Origin: Blastocladiella emersonii ATCC 22665
Taxonomy: Eukaryota; Fungi; Blastocladiomycota
Direction: 5' to 3'
Length of the DNA stretch: 64,000 nucleotides
NCBI GenBank assembly: GCA_025594325.1
Contig: JANHCV010000003.1
Location: 620,001-684,000 of the forward strand
Shown here: piece by piece, positions 34,098 through 45,703 of the stretch
How the letters are laid out: each line of letters opens with the position of its first letter
Position numbering within the stretch: position 1 is the first letter of the stretch
The notes under the pieces: generated by a model
Databases searched by the model: none
Told to the model about the DNA's origin: nothing
Seen by the model: only the letters and a program-made list of their open reading frames with translations
Translations under genes and position numbers: made by a program

Positions 34098-36014
34098 ATG
34101 AATCACCTCAACCTGAACCTGCCACACGTCATCGAGCGGACGCTGTACTACTGCGTGCGGTGGCACCCGACTAACGACTTGGCCGAGCTCGCGCAGTATG
34201 CCCGCGTCATGACGCGCGCCGCCATCCCGGCCGTGTCGCGCGCGATCCTGCGCCGGTGCCCCGACGCGCTACACATGGACAAAATGAGTGCCGAGGGCAA
34301 CACCAACGTGCTCGACATGTGGAAGCAGTCGGGCCTGCCGCTCACGTACACGGCCGCCGCCATCACGGGCGCCGAGGACGCCCTGCACTTCCACGTCCTC
34401 GATTGGTGGCGCGACTCGGGCCTCCCGCTCCTCGTCGACCCCGATAACAGCCCGACGGCTGCCTCAACGATTGGCCTGCGCGCATTCGAGGTAAGCTTCT
34501 TCGCGTGCATGCAAGTCCGAGTGTGAATGAATGCATTGACTGACTCGCATGACCCGACCTGTGTGTAGCACCTGCCCAGCCCGCCGACGGTCGAGCCGGC
34601 CGACGCTCAGGTCCTGGAGCGCACCGACGACCTCATGTCGGGCAAGTCGGGCCCGTTCTTCGACATCCAGCCGGGCCGCCTGACCGAGGCCGGGATCAAC
34701 ACGCTGAACGTGGCCTTCACGTCGCCAACGCAGCGTGTCAAGTCGCTGGGCTTCAACCGCGTCAACATGAGCGTCGACCTGATGCGCAAGCTGCAGCTAC
34801 CGGCGTCGGTGCACCAGATGGTCTTCACCTTCTTCCGCCACAACGACGCGGACGCGCCCGACTACGACTACGCGTCGAGCCCGCGCCTGCCCGAGACGGT
34901 CACCGAGGTCTTCTTCCTGCAGTCGCGCATGGAGCCGCAGGGAGTGGTCCCGCTGCGCAGCGTGCTGCCGCCCGGCATCAAGTCGCTCCGCATCGTCAAC
35001 TACGACCTGTCCAAGATCGGCGACGGCGCCGACCTGCTCAAGGACCTGCCCGCGTCCCTCACCACGCTTGCCCTCGACGAGTCGCGCCTCCTCCGCCCCG
35101 ACGCGCCCGCCCCGGCGCCGGCCCCCGAGCCCGAGGCGCCCGCCAAGGGCAAGACCCGCGCCCGCACCCCGCGCATTAAGGGTAAGGGCCGCGCGGCTGT
35201 CGCGCGCAGCCGGTCCGCGAATCGCCGCGCCGCGCAGATGGCCATGACGTCCAACACCGCAAGCTCGTCGTCGGGCGCGTCGGGCTATGTGACGGGTTCC
35301 GACACCGAGGAGGAGATGGTGACCGCGACCGCGACCTCGGCCGCCTCGGCCGTGACCCTGACGGGACCACCGCCGGCGCCGCTGCTCGCGTACCTGGCGC
35401 CGGCGATCCCGCCGGGCCTGCACACGCTGTCGCTGCGCAAGCTGGGACTGACGGCTGCCGACATGGCGGTGCTGCTGCCCGCGCTGCCCGAGCCGTTCAT
35501 CACGCTGGACTTGTCGGAGAACGCGTTTGGCGACGAGGGCGGGGTCGTGATGGCGCCGCTGCTGCCGCGCACGCTGCGCGCGCTGGTGCTCGAGAAGTGC
35601 AAGATGGGCGACAAGGCCGTGGCCGAGCTCGCGGCGAACCTGCCGCCCAAGCTCCTGCGCTTCTCGCTGTCGGAGGTGCAGCGCGTCGACCTGGTCCCGA
35701 TACGCAACCTGCTGCTCGCGCTCGGCGTCGCCAAGGTGCGCCGGATTGCCGTCGCGCGGTGCGGGCTCAACGACGACGATATGGCGGTCGCTCTCGACTG
35801 GCTCAGCGCCAAGCTCGCGGATCTGGACCTGACGGGCAACCCGATCACGGACGCGAGTGTCGACGCGCTGGCCAAGTTTGGCGGGCCGGGCACCACGGAC
35901 CCGTTCGCGTTCAACCTCAGCCTCCGCCTCGACCACACCAAGATTACCGAGGAGGGCGCGGCCGAGCTCAAGGAGAAGTGTGGCAGTATGAACGTGTCGA
36001 CGCGCCACTACTGA
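34098..36014 (+). CDS. RNI-like leucine-rich-repeat protein with N-terminal ankyrin-like VLDW(W)xxSGLP repeats; join(34098..34490,34569..36014)
   Basis: VLDMWKQSGLPL and VLDWWRDSGLPL repeats. LRRs LDLSENAFGDEG, LVLEKCKMGD and LDLTGNPITD. GTAAGC...TAG intron restores the frame. Confidence 0.8.
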
Positions 36015-36126
36015 GTGGGTCGCGAAATACATCCTTGCTCGTTGCGCGCATCACTCGATGAGGGAGGGGGATCCAAAACAAACGTGCATGCTATACCAGA
36101 CAAGACCAAATCACACAGGAACCAGT

Positions 36127-37116
36127 TCAGGGATCGCGGGGGTCGAGCTTGAACTTGAAGTAGTCTGGGTCGAGGTGGTGGATGCGCAGGTTGCCCTCCT
36201 CGGCGCCCGTGGTGTAGGAGGTGCCGTCGGGGTGGACGGCGACCGTGTTGATGGGACTGAAGTGGCCGCGGACGCGCATGAACTCCTGGCCGAGGATCTT
36301 GTGGAAGAAGCGCGACTCGAACTTGCCGGCCTTGGCGCCCGTGGTGGTGACGTTGGCCGCGTCCTGGCCACCGCCGACAATGACGTGCTCCTTGTGCGGG
36401 CACATGGCGGCCGAGTTGATGGGCCGCTCGATGGTGTAGGTCTTGATGGTGTGCAGCTTGAGGTCGAGGATCTTGGCCGAGCAGTCCTTGGACGAGGCAA
36501 TGAAGTGGGTCATGTCCTCGGCAAACTGCAGGTCGGTGACGAAGCCGCCAAAGATCTTCTTGCTGGCGATGCGCTCGCCCGACATGGCGTCCCAGCACGA
36601 GATGGTGCCGTTCTCGTGGCCCATGTAGATGGTCTGGTCGGGGCCCCAGCGGGCGATCAGGGCCGGGGTCAGCTCCGGGTCGGGCAGGAAGATGTTGATG
36701 GGCTCCTCGGGGATGTCGGCGGGGTTGTCCTTGATGGAGACGATGATGGCGGTGCACGGCTGGCCCATCTTCTTGTCGGTGACGATCAGGGCCTTGTCGG
36801 CGGTGCCCGGGTTGAAGGCGACCGAGCGCACGGGCGCAATCGACGTCCACGTGTGCAGCACCTTGCCGGAGCTCGCCTCCCACAGGCGCGCCGTCGAGTC
36901 GGCTGACGCCGAGATGCACCGCGTCGTGTCCGGGTTGATGTCAATGTCCCACACGACACCGCCGTGCCCGTCGTAGGTGCCGAGCATCTCGCCCGTCGCC
37001 GAGGAGACCACCTTGAACCCAGAGTCCTTGCCGGCCGTGAACAGCAGGTCGCCGTCGCGGTTGTACTTGACGCGGGTCACGGGGCGCGTGTGCGCGACCA
37101 CAACGATTGGGCGCAT
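36127..37116 (-). CDS. TIF34: Translation initiation factor eIF3 subunit i (WD40)
   Basis: MRPI...HTRPVTRVKYNRDGDLLF, GTYDGHGGVVW, VIVGGGQDA..VTTT...GKFESRF and RVRGHFSPINTVAVHPDG. Confidence 0.95.
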   Translation of the reverse strand: MRPIVVVAHTRPVTRVKYNRDGDLLFTAGKDSGFKVVSSATGEMLGTYDGHGGVVWDIDINPDTTRCISASADSTARLWEASSGKVLHTWTSIAPVRSVAFNPGTADKALIVTDKKMGQPCTAIIVSIKDNPADIPEEPINIFLPDPELTPALIARWGPDQTIYMGHENGTISCWDAMSGERIASKKIFGGFVTDLQFAEDMTHFIASSKDCSAKILDLKLHTIKTYTIERPINSAAMCPHKEHVIVGGGQDAANVTTTGAKAGKFESRFFHKILGQEFMRVRGHFSPINTVAVHPDGTSYTTGAEEGNLRIHHLDPDYFKFKLDPRDP

Positions 37117-37533
37117 GGTGGAGGGGAGGGGGTTGGGGAAGTCGTTGATCCGTGGTGCGGCAGGCGGGTGCGCGCAGAGAGTTACGTTGCAACGTCGTCG
37201 TCGCGGTTCTCTCCGGCGGTGGCTGCCGTCGCGATCACCCAGCCCGCGGCGCGCGCGCGCACGGCGGCGGCGGCGGCGTCCGCGCTCCGACGGGGAGGGT
37301 GTGGATGTGAGCGGCCGGGCATCAGGTGAGCTCACGCGAGCGGTAGCGAATGGCCGCCGCGACCCGCCGCACCGACGCGACGCGACGCTTCCCCCTCTCT
37401 CCTCTCCCCCTCCCCCTCCTGTCCTTCTCAACCAACACATTGCATGCAGTCGCGCCCACCGAGCGCACCCGCCCAACAGCGCACCGCACCCCCACGCACT
37501 ACCCGCCACTGAACCGAGCGCATTCATCCCATC

Positions 37534-39459
37534 ATGGATCTGCCCGCCGCGTTCGGCCGCCCGCCGCGCGACAACAACAGCAACACCAACGACCGCGGCG
37601 GACGTGGCCGGGGCCGAGGACGGGGCCGCGGTCGTGGTCGCGGCAGCGGCCGCTACGGCGCCAACCAGCGCCCGCCCAGCCCGACGCGGGACGTCGGCCG
37701 CCGGTTCAACAGCCGCGCCCGCCTCCGCGCCGCCCAGCAGAGCTACGACCGCGATACCACGCCGTACGACCGGTACGGGCAAGGCAGCTCGGGCCCGCTC
37801 CGCGCTCCGCCGCGCGCGCCCAACCCGGCACCGCCTCGAGTACGCAGCGCGACGTGATGATGGTGCGTGATGATGGCACCCGAACTGACCCTTGCGCGTG
37901 TGATTGTGTAGCGTGCGGCGCAGTTCAAACCGACCCTCGCCGTCGACGTGTGGGGCCAGCTCATCGGCCAGCTCAAGTACGAGCACGACAAGTTCGGCGC
38001 ACCGCCACAGATCGCGCCGCTCCCAATGCAGCCCTTCTCGCGTGCGCCGGCACCCGCACCGGCACCCGCACCGGCGTCCTCGTCCCGGTTCCAGCTTCCG
38101 CCGCGTCCTCCCGGAGACGTGCACATGACCGAGGCCGAGGAGGCGCCGATCGCGCTGACCAGCGAGGCCGAGATTGACCTCGACATGTCGGACGACGAGC
38201 CCATGGACGACGGCGAGGATGACGAGGACGACGACGACGTCGTGGATGAGCCCATGGACCACGACGGCGTCGACGAGCCGCTACCGAGCGCGACGCCGGA
38301 ACTCGCGTCCAGCTCTAGCGCGCTCCCCGAGTCCACCACGGCGGCGTTCGCCATGTCCGAGCCCGAGGAGTCGTCGCTCGAGACCCCGCCACCACCCGGC
38401 GCGCCGTCGTCGCTGCTCCTCCCCGAGCCAAGCACCACGCCGCCCGGCCGCAAGAGCAGCAGCGAGGAGCCGTACCCCGGCACCGCTGCCGCCGCCGCCG
38501 CCGCTGCGCACTACGCTCCCGCGTTCCACGCCGCGGCCGCCGCAGGTCTCGGCCCCGCCGCGTTCCCGTTCAGCCTCGGCCGGTCGAGCCGCGAGAGCAG
38601 CTACTCTGCGCCGCCGACGCCGACGGCGATGCCGCTGTCGCCCGGCCTGATCCACGCGTCGCGCCGCCACTTCATGCGCGAGGGCGCGCCGTCCCCGCGC
38701 GAGCCTGTCTACGACCCGGCGTGGGCCAGCGCCGCCTCCTACACGTCGCGCGAGTCGTCGCTCGCACCCAGCACCCGCGCGAGCCGCGAGCCGTCGGCTA
38801 ACCCCGAGGGGTTCCTCGTCCCCCAGAGCCCCTCGCTCGCGTCCCCGCCACCGCAGCCGCAGCCGCCGGTGACGGTCTCGGGCAGCGCGCTGTTCCTCGC
38901 CGCGGGTCCCGGTCCGGGTCCGAGTGGGATGAGCAGCTACGCGTCGTCGCTCCGGCTCCCGCCACCCCGCTCCGCGCGCGTCGGCAGCGTGCCGCTGTCG
39001 CAGGGCAGCCGCGTCGGGTCGCCGACGCCCGCGCATCCCGCACCCGTCCCCGCGGCCTCTTCCTCATCGTCGTCCCTGTCCGATTCCACGCCTCCATCGA
39101 CCCGCGCCACGTCCGAACCCGCGTCTGCGGTGTCGGACCGCGCGCCGTCGTCCGAGGCTGTCACAGACGCCGACGGGTTTCTCCAGCCCCTGCCGCGGTC
39201 CTCGTTTGCGAGCTCGGCGTCCACGTCGCCCGTGCGCCGCCCGATCGCGCCACCACTACCGCCGACGGCGGCCGCGGGGGTACCACCCGCGCCGCACTCG
39301 CGGCTCGCGGCAGCGACGGAAGAGGCCCGCACCGTCGCCCGCGCTCGGTCCCCGCTCGCGTCGTGTGTTGAGACGGCCGGGTCGCCTGCACCGGCCGAGG
39401 ACGACGCTGTGGCGGCGACGACGGCGACGGCGCGGCAGACGCCGCCGTGTGAAGCTTGA
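37534..39459 (+). CDS. Hypothetical low-complexity protein (RG-repeat N-terminus, acidic patch, S/P-rich); join(37534..37839,37912..39459)
   Basis: GTACGC...TAG intron joins two ORFs in frame. Contains RGGRGRGRGRGRGRG and DDGEDDEDDDD. Confidence 0.6.
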
Positions 39460-39578
39460 AGGGGAGGGAGGTGGAGGCGTGATTGCACATATTCGATACG
39501 ATTAAATAATATACACACACTCAATCCGTAGCGGACAACGTCTCGCGGCCGACCGACCGGCCCGCCGCCCTGGGCAGT

Positions 39579-40377
39579 CTACGTTGACTTGGCCTTGCGC
39601 GTGCGCAGCGTGCGTGTGGACTCGGCGGGCGCGGGCGCCGACTTGGCGCGCTTCTTCTTGGGCTTCTCCTCCTCCTCGGCGTCGGACGCGGACGCGGACC
39701 CGGACGCGTGCTCCTCCTCGTCGCTCTCGGCGGCAGCAGCCTTCTTGGTCTTCTTGGCGGGCGCCTTCTTGGGCGCGGCGGGCGCCTTGCGCTTAGCGGG
39801 CTTCTTGATGGGCTCCTCGTCGCCGTTGGCGGCCTCGGCGTCGGCGGCCGCCTTGGCCTTCTTGGCCGCCTCCTTCTTCTCGTCGATGCCGCCGGCAATG
39901 TGGCCGTTGCGCACGCCCTCGGCGATGCGCGCCTGGTCCTCCTCGCGCAGGTCCGAGAACCCGCCAATGTCCTCGGGCTCCGTGATCTTCTCCAGGATCT
40001 TGTCGGTCACGCACTCCCAGTGGCTACGGCGGCGGCGAGGGGAGCGTTAGTGGGAAGTTCGCCATGCGCGTGAAGTGGGGGAATGAGGGCGTACCGCCAC
40101 GCGACCGAGTTGTGGCCGTTCATGTCGAAGACGGTGCCAAAGCGCAGCTCGTCCTTCTACACTCGCGTGTGACGGAGTCAGCGACCGTGACGTTCGCGGT
40201 TGGCAAGGCGAAGCGTACCTGGATCGCAGGGTTCTCGCACGCCTTGCCGGCCTTGCACTTGGCGCGGCCCGTCTTGGCATACTGTAGCGGCGGCGGAACA
40301 GGGCGTCAGCAACAACGGTCGCGGCTCCCACGTCGCGGTGAAGAACTGACCTCAAGGAAGTACTGAGTCTCGGACAT
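39579..40377 (-). CDS. Stand-alone PARP-type zinc finger protein (Hpz1-like); complement join(39579..40023,40095..40156,40219..40281,40351..40377)
   Basis: Spliced sequence EYAKTGRAKCK...C...I.KDELRFG...WRHWECVT...DIGGFSDLREEDQARI is a zf-PARP. K/A/E-rich tail. TATA at 40477-40483 (minus strand). Confidence 0.88.
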
Positions 40378-40859
40378 GTTGTTGGTGCTGAGTTCGTGGG
40401 ATCCGTTCAAGGAGCGCGTTTCATGCGAGAGCGAGGAAGTCTGTGCGGGAGCGAGAGCGGGCGGGGCACGGCCACGTTTTATACGCTTGGGCGGGCGAGC
40501 CCAGGCGGAAAGGCAAGCGAGCCGAGCAAAGGCAACGGGCGGGTCGCGTGGGCGCCGCGCCGCGCGTGTGCGTGTCTCGCACCAACAGTGACTCCGCGCT
40601 GAGCCGCCCGTGCCGTCACGCCACCCACGCGTTGCTCGCCGCGAGACATTTTTTCGGGCGGCGTGTCTCGCGCTTCTCGCGTTGCGCCACGCCTCACACG
40701 CGAGCGGGCGCCATCATCCATCGCGCGCGTCTCCACCGGTTCCACCGGTCCACCCGCTGGGGAGCGAGCGAGGCGGGATCAGCCGCCACGCGGTGGTCCA
40801 TTCTCCTGCTCGACTAGACCAGGGATCGTCATGCAGCCACCACCACCACCGACCCCACC

Positions 40860-42625
40860 ATGATGATGATGAATCAGAGTCACCCCGTCCAGCCGCCGAC
40901 CCCGCGCCACCGCGTCTCGTGGTCGCCGCACACGCCGTCGCCGTCAACGGCGCACCGGCGCACGAGCACGGCGGCGGCCACCGCACCCGCGGCGGACGCG
41001 ACTGCGCAGCTGCGCGCGGCCATGACCGCGTTCCAGGCGCACGCCAAGGACGTGCTCAGTCTCGCCGCCGGCGAGTACGACCTGGGCCCCGCCTCTGGTG
41101 CCGCCGCCTCCGCCGCGAGCACGAACCCGAGCTTCGTGCAACTCGACTCGCTCGCGCGCGAGCTCCTATCCGCGCGCACGCCGGCGCTGACACTCGCCGC
41201 CGCGATCCTGCACCGCGACCATCCGGCGTCGCGCACCGCGCTGGCTGCCGTGTACTCGAAGGTCGGCGCGGCCATGGCGGCCGCGAACCAGATGGTCGCG
41301 GCGCTCGACGCGCATTCGCCGCCGGCGCCCGCGGACGCGGTGCGCCGGATCAAGGTCGCGGCGCGCGCGACTATGGAGAGTGTCCGCGGGTTCATCGAGC
41401 CGTTGCCTGACGAGCAGCACAGCGAGATGCGCGTCGCGCACGCGAACCGCGCGGCGGCGGTGTTTGTCCATTGCTTTTCCGAGTTTGCGGGCGCGGTGTA
41501 CGCCGCGGTCCAGGAGGTGGTCGCTGTCAAGGCCAAGGTGCGTTGGCACTTCATCGACGTCTGTGATTCGCGTTGGCACTTCATCGACGTCTGTGATTCG
41601 CACAGCTAACGATACGATCCGCCCAGTCCCCGCGCCCGGCCGCCGCCTCGCCGTCACGCACCTCACCGTGGCATAACCTCTCGATCCGCATCCCGCCACG
41701 ACCACCGAGCCCAGCAACGACCACCCGCGCGTCTCCACAAAAAACACACTCCTCGCCATCCCGACCGCGCCCGTCCACGGCTCAGCTATCGGTCCGCACC
41801 CAGGAGATGCTCGACGAGCTCGAGGACCTGATCGCGCGCGAGGAGGAGACCCGCGACCGCCGCCGCGCCTTCCTCGTCGCAAAGGAAAAGGAGCTGCTCG
41901 CCAAGTACGTCGACAACCCGATCGCGATCTCGGTCCCGCCAACGCCCGCGAAACCGCGGTCGCCCGTCAAGCCCAAGACGCCGACATCCGCCGCGAGGTG
42001 GGATCCCGCGCCACCGTCCTCGGCCACGACCACGGCCACGGCGCGGACGCGGTCGGCCACCTGGGTCCCGCCGCCCGAGCACCACCGGCACGGCGGCCTC
42101 GCGGCGCTGGCCGCGGCCGACGTGCCGCCGTCGTGGACTCCGGTGACACCGCAGCCGCAGCGCAGGCGGTCATCGACCGTCAACCCCACGTCCGCGCCAC
42201 CGCCCAAGCCGATCGCCCCGCGCAACCCGTACGCCAACATGCCGCTGCTCGAGCACAACCGCGCGAACCGGCACCGGTTCGCCGTCACGCGCGTCGACCT
42301 GACGGACCGCACCGAGCGCGAGTGCGGCGAGTGTAACGGCGAGTTTGGGTTTCTCGAGAAACGCGTCGTGTGCAAGGGTACGTTGGCCGCGCTTGCTCTG
42401 GGACCTGCATCGTGGCCATGGACTAAAGCCGCGCGATGCGTAGACTGCCGCTTGACGCTGCACCGCGACTGCTACACGACAGGCCGCCCGGAACGCATCC
42501 AGTGCGGCGTGTACACGGTGCCGCCCGACAAACCGCACCACTTCGCCGACCGCGGCGCGCCCGCCTGGGTCTCGACCCCGCTAAGTCCACGTCGCGCAGC
42601 GACTGCGAGATCCATGCAGATATAA
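40860..42625 (+). CDS. Protein with helical N-terminal region and C-terminal C1 (DAG/phorbol-type) zinc finger; join(40860..41537,41627..42377,42444..42625)
   Basis: Spliced HRF...CGEC...GF....VCKDCRLTLHRDC is the C1 pattern. Both introns are frame-consistent. Confidence 0.75.
41540..41599. repeat. Perfect 30-bp tandem duplication inside intron 1 of the C1-domain gene
   Basis: gcgttggcacttcatcgacgtctgtgattc x2. Confidence 0.9.
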
Positions 42626-42649
42626 ACCCATCCCCTTTATTTCACTCAC

Positions 42650-44584
42650 CTACTCCACCTTCTTCATCGGGTACCCGAAATCAAACGGCATGAGCGGGTC
42701 GCGCCGCATCGCGCCGACCCCGCCGCGCGTGTACGCACGGAACACGCCGCGGTCAAACTCGCCGCTCACGCTGATCCACCCGACCCCGCCGAACGCGATG
42801 TCGGCCCACGCGCGCTTCAGGCCGTCGCCGCGCACGATCCACTGCCCCGCGCGCGACCACGCGGGGACGCCGGAGCGGGCGTGCGGGCTCGGCGGAGACA
42901 GGATGGCGGGGAGAGGGTCCCGAGCCGCGGGGAGGTCGGTGAAGAGAGCGGGCTCGATCGGGTCGAGGGGAACGGCGGGTTCGGGCTCGGGTGTCGTCGC
43001 GGGCGTGGGCTCAGGCTCAGCAGGCGCCACCGGGGTGCTCGAGCCGCCGAAGAGGTCGAGCTTGAGCGCGGGCGCAAAGTGGTTCTCGTCCTCCTTGACG
43101 CCACCGCCCGCCGCCGCATCGTCGACGTCGCGGCCCGACCACGTCGCGAGATCGCCGTCAACGGCGGGATCCCACTCGAGGTCCTGGTCGGCCTCGGCCG
43201 CCGCGATCTCGGCGTCGCTGAGCCCGCAGAACTTGTTAGCCTTCTCGATCGACGTGATGTGGATCGGCAGCATGTGCGGCGCCCACACGGTGAGCCCGAG
43301 GCGCGACGCGCACGACCCGTCGACGTAGTCGAGGCGCGCGAGCCCGCCGAGGAAAATCGACTTGCCGCGCGGCACGCGGAACGTCACGGGCTCGAGCCGC
43401 TTCACCGCGTGCGCGAGGCGCAGGTCGCGCGGGTCCGTCAGCACGTTGGTCAGGCGCGCGGGGAGCGTCAGTCCGGGCGTGTCGAGGAGCTGGCCGCGCA
43501 GCGAGGCGTCCGCGGCCGACGGCACCGCGCCCGACGCGTGCATCAGGCCGCCGAACCGGGCGAGCGGGATCGGCAGGTTCGCGACGGTGGTGCCCGGCAG
43601 CCGCGACGTGGTCACGGAGCCCGCCGATTTTGGGAACCGCACCATGCGGTGCAGGCAGTTGATGAACTCGGATTTGCCGACGTTGGTCGCGCCCAGCAGG
43701 TACACGTCGCGCAGGTTGTACCGCGACCGCAGCTGCTGGATCTGGTCGAACATGGGCCGGATCCCCGCGCCCGACTTGGACGAGATGACGTGCACGCCCG
43801 CGGGCGTCTGCTTGAGCCGGCGCGAAAAGTGCTCGGCCCACTGCCGCAGCCGCTCGGGCGTCGCCGACTGCGGGAGCAGGTCCGACTTGTTGAACACCAG
43901 CAGGTACGGCGTGTGCGGCGGGATCACGCCGCGCAGCGAAAAGTGCGACGCCGGGAAATCGAGAATGTCGACGAGCTGGATGAACAGCGACCGGTTCACC
44001 TTGCGCAGGTCGAGCGTCGCGGGCGTCACCTCGGGCGGACCCGCCAGCGCCGTCGTGTTCGTGTGCGTGATGTCGTGGCACCGCTGGCACACGAGCTGTG
44101 CCACCACCTCGTCCGTCTTGGCCTTGCGCAGGTGCTTCTTGCGCTGGCTCTTGCTCGTGTACTTCCAGTCCACGACCGACTTGGCGACGGCCGCCTCGAG
44201 CTCGGCGGGGTCGGGCCGTTGCGCGTCCAGCGCCGCCGCACGCTCCAGGTTCTTCTTGTACGCATCGAGCCGCGCGTCCGTCAGGTACCCCGCGGCGTCC
44301 GGACGGTCGAACTGGTACTGCGCGCCGCAGCCCGTGCACTTTTGCCGCTCCAGGTCGTAGCGCGAGAAACCCTCTTCGGGGGCTTCATCAAAGGGAGTCT
44401 CGGGATCGGCGGCGGGAACGTTTGCCTGGCAAGCGCCCGGCGTTGCCGCGATCGTTCTCAGCTGGATTGCCGCGGTGCGGGCAACCGAGTTGACGACAAC
44501 CATCCGCGGGCTCTGGAGCGAGCGGCCGACCCCACGGGAGACTAATGCAGGAAGTCCTCGCGATGTAAATTGCATTCGCAGCAT
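42650..44584 (-). CDS. GEP3: Mitochondrial circularly permuted GTPase (YqeH/NOA1/Gep3 family)
   Basis: CTGCGAQYQ...GYL and CQRCH zinc ligands. Motif order VDILDFP, NKSDLLP, ISSKSG, GATNVGKSEFIN, TSRLPGTT, LLDTPG. Mitochondrial-type leader from ATG 44584. Confidence 0.88.
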   Translation of the reverse strand: MLRMQFTSRGLPALVSRGVGRSLQSPRMVVVNSVARTAAIQLRTIAATPGACQANVPAADPETPFDEAPEEGFSRYDLERQKCTGCGAQYQFDRPDAAGYLTDARLDAYKKNLERAAALDAQRPDPAELEAAVAKSVVDWKYTSKSQRKKHLRKAKTDEVVAQLVCQRCHDITHTNTTALAGPPEVTPATLDLRKVNRSLFIQLVDILDFPASHFSLRGVIPPHTPYLLVFNKSDLLPQSATPERLRQWAEHFSRRLKQTPAGVHVISSKSGAGIRPMFDQIQQLRSRYNLRDVYLLGATNVGKSEFINCLHRMVRFPKSAGSVTTSRLPGTTVANLPIPLARFGGLMHASGAVPSAADASLRGQLLDTPGLTLPARLTNVLTDPRDLRLAHAVKRLEPVTFRVPRGKSIFLGGLARLDYVDGSCASRLGLTVWAPHMLPIHITSIEKANKFCGLSDAEIAAAEADQDLEWDPAVDGDLATWSGRDVDDAAAGGGVKEDENHFAPALKLDLFGGSSTPVAPAEPEPTPATTPEPEPAVPLDPIEPALFTDLPAARDPLPAILSPPSPHARSGVPAWSRAGQWIVRGDGLKRAWADIAFGGVGWISVSGEFDRGVFRAYTRGGVGAMRRDPLMPFDFGYPMKKVE

Positions 44585-44847
44585 GGTGGCAAGGTGGTCA
44601 GGGGAGCGAGACAGCGCAACAAGCCGCGAGACAAATGATGAAACTGATCGAACGTCACGTGGCCCGCCCGTGCGCTGGACGCGACCGCGTTGCGCCACAG
44701 TTTGCTACCCTGATGATCTTACCGCGAAGGAATCAAGTTCAAGGTTTCAACGCGTGGATGTATCAATTCATTCAAATGGAGTAGCATTCACGTCCCACTT
44801 CGACTACGAGGTAAGACGGGGATCATGGCGCGTCGTTCATCTGTTTA

Positions 44848-45348
44848 TCAAAAGCCTCGGTAATTTTGTCGTAGGGTGACGCTTAGTTTGTGCATCAAGA
44901 GCACTTGCACGGGTAAGCCGTGGTTTTGCTTGAGCTGGTACAGATCAGTTCTGAAGGCATCCAGCTCGGCTGCTTGGCTGAGACGCAATTGCGTTGAGCT
45001 GACCTGAAGGCCAACGTTGGCTAGTCCTTTGACGAGATCCACCCGCTTGCCAAAGTGTTTCTGGGCGAGCGAGGTCTCGTGGTTCACTTGCCTTGCGATC
45101 TCGCTCAGCCGGGCAGCTAGATCTTGGTGACAGGACTGCAGCGCGTCAAATATTTCGAAACAACCAGCTAACGCTTTCGACACGCCTGCAGCCCAGAGTT
45201 CGGCCTCGCGCTTGCGTGAGAAGCAGACACGACCATGTCGCGGGACCGTAGCTGGTCGAGTTGAGGGTCGACATGCCCGTACGTGCTGCGCAGGGCTGCA
45301 GAACCGAGTGTGTACGCGCTCGACCAGTTGAGGAGCAGTTCGTTTCAT
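44848..45348 (-). CDS. Coiled-coil ORF, repeat unit C of a triplicated module (may be an exon or pseudogene fragment)
   Basis: QLRLSQAAELDAFRTDLYQLK...LLMHKL. Low-GC region. Confidence 0.35.
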   Translation of the reverse strand: MKRTAPQLVERVHTRFCSPAQHVRACRPSTRPATVPRHGRVCFSRKREAELWAAGVSKALAGCFEIFDALQSCHQDLAARLSEIARQVNHETSLAQKHFGKRVDLVKGLANVGLQVSSTQLRLSQAAELDAFRTDLYQLKQNHGLPVQVLLMHKLSVTLRQNYRGF

Positions 45349-45703
45349 GACGAGTGCAAATCATTGTGGAAGCTGGTATTGGTAATGTGGGAGCAAGGAG
45401 GGAGAGGTGAGGGAGCACCCAGCTTTTGAAGGCGCGCTTCGTGTGGTGGGTCGTTGCGCACTCACTCGAATCAGTTGCACGTATACAATAACCGACCCGT
45501 AGGCACATGTCCCGATGCGAGCAACACGGTTCAACGACTTTCGACCAATTTCTCTGCGGCATCACCCGTCGCATCACAAAGTCTCTACTTCAAGTCCTAG
45601 TCCTCGCGGTCACGGCTCACGCGATTTCGCACTACCACCTAGTTCCTAGATTTCAGGAACGATGGTACGGGATTTATGCCAGAGAGCACAGATGAAATTC
45701 GAG

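Noticed and set aside
37117-38262. Apparent 380-aa N-terminal extension of eIF3i (ORF 36127-38262)
   Set aside because: It overlaps the promoter and the opposite-strand gene at 37534; eIF3i homology begins exactly at MRPI (37116).
32560-40377. OGG1 plus zf-PARP as a DNA-repair gene cluster
   Set aside because: They are separated by three unrelated genes; proximity is plausibly chance.
41540-41599. 30-bp repeat as a CRISPR-like array
   Set aside because: Two abutting copies with no spacer, inside a eukaryotic intron.
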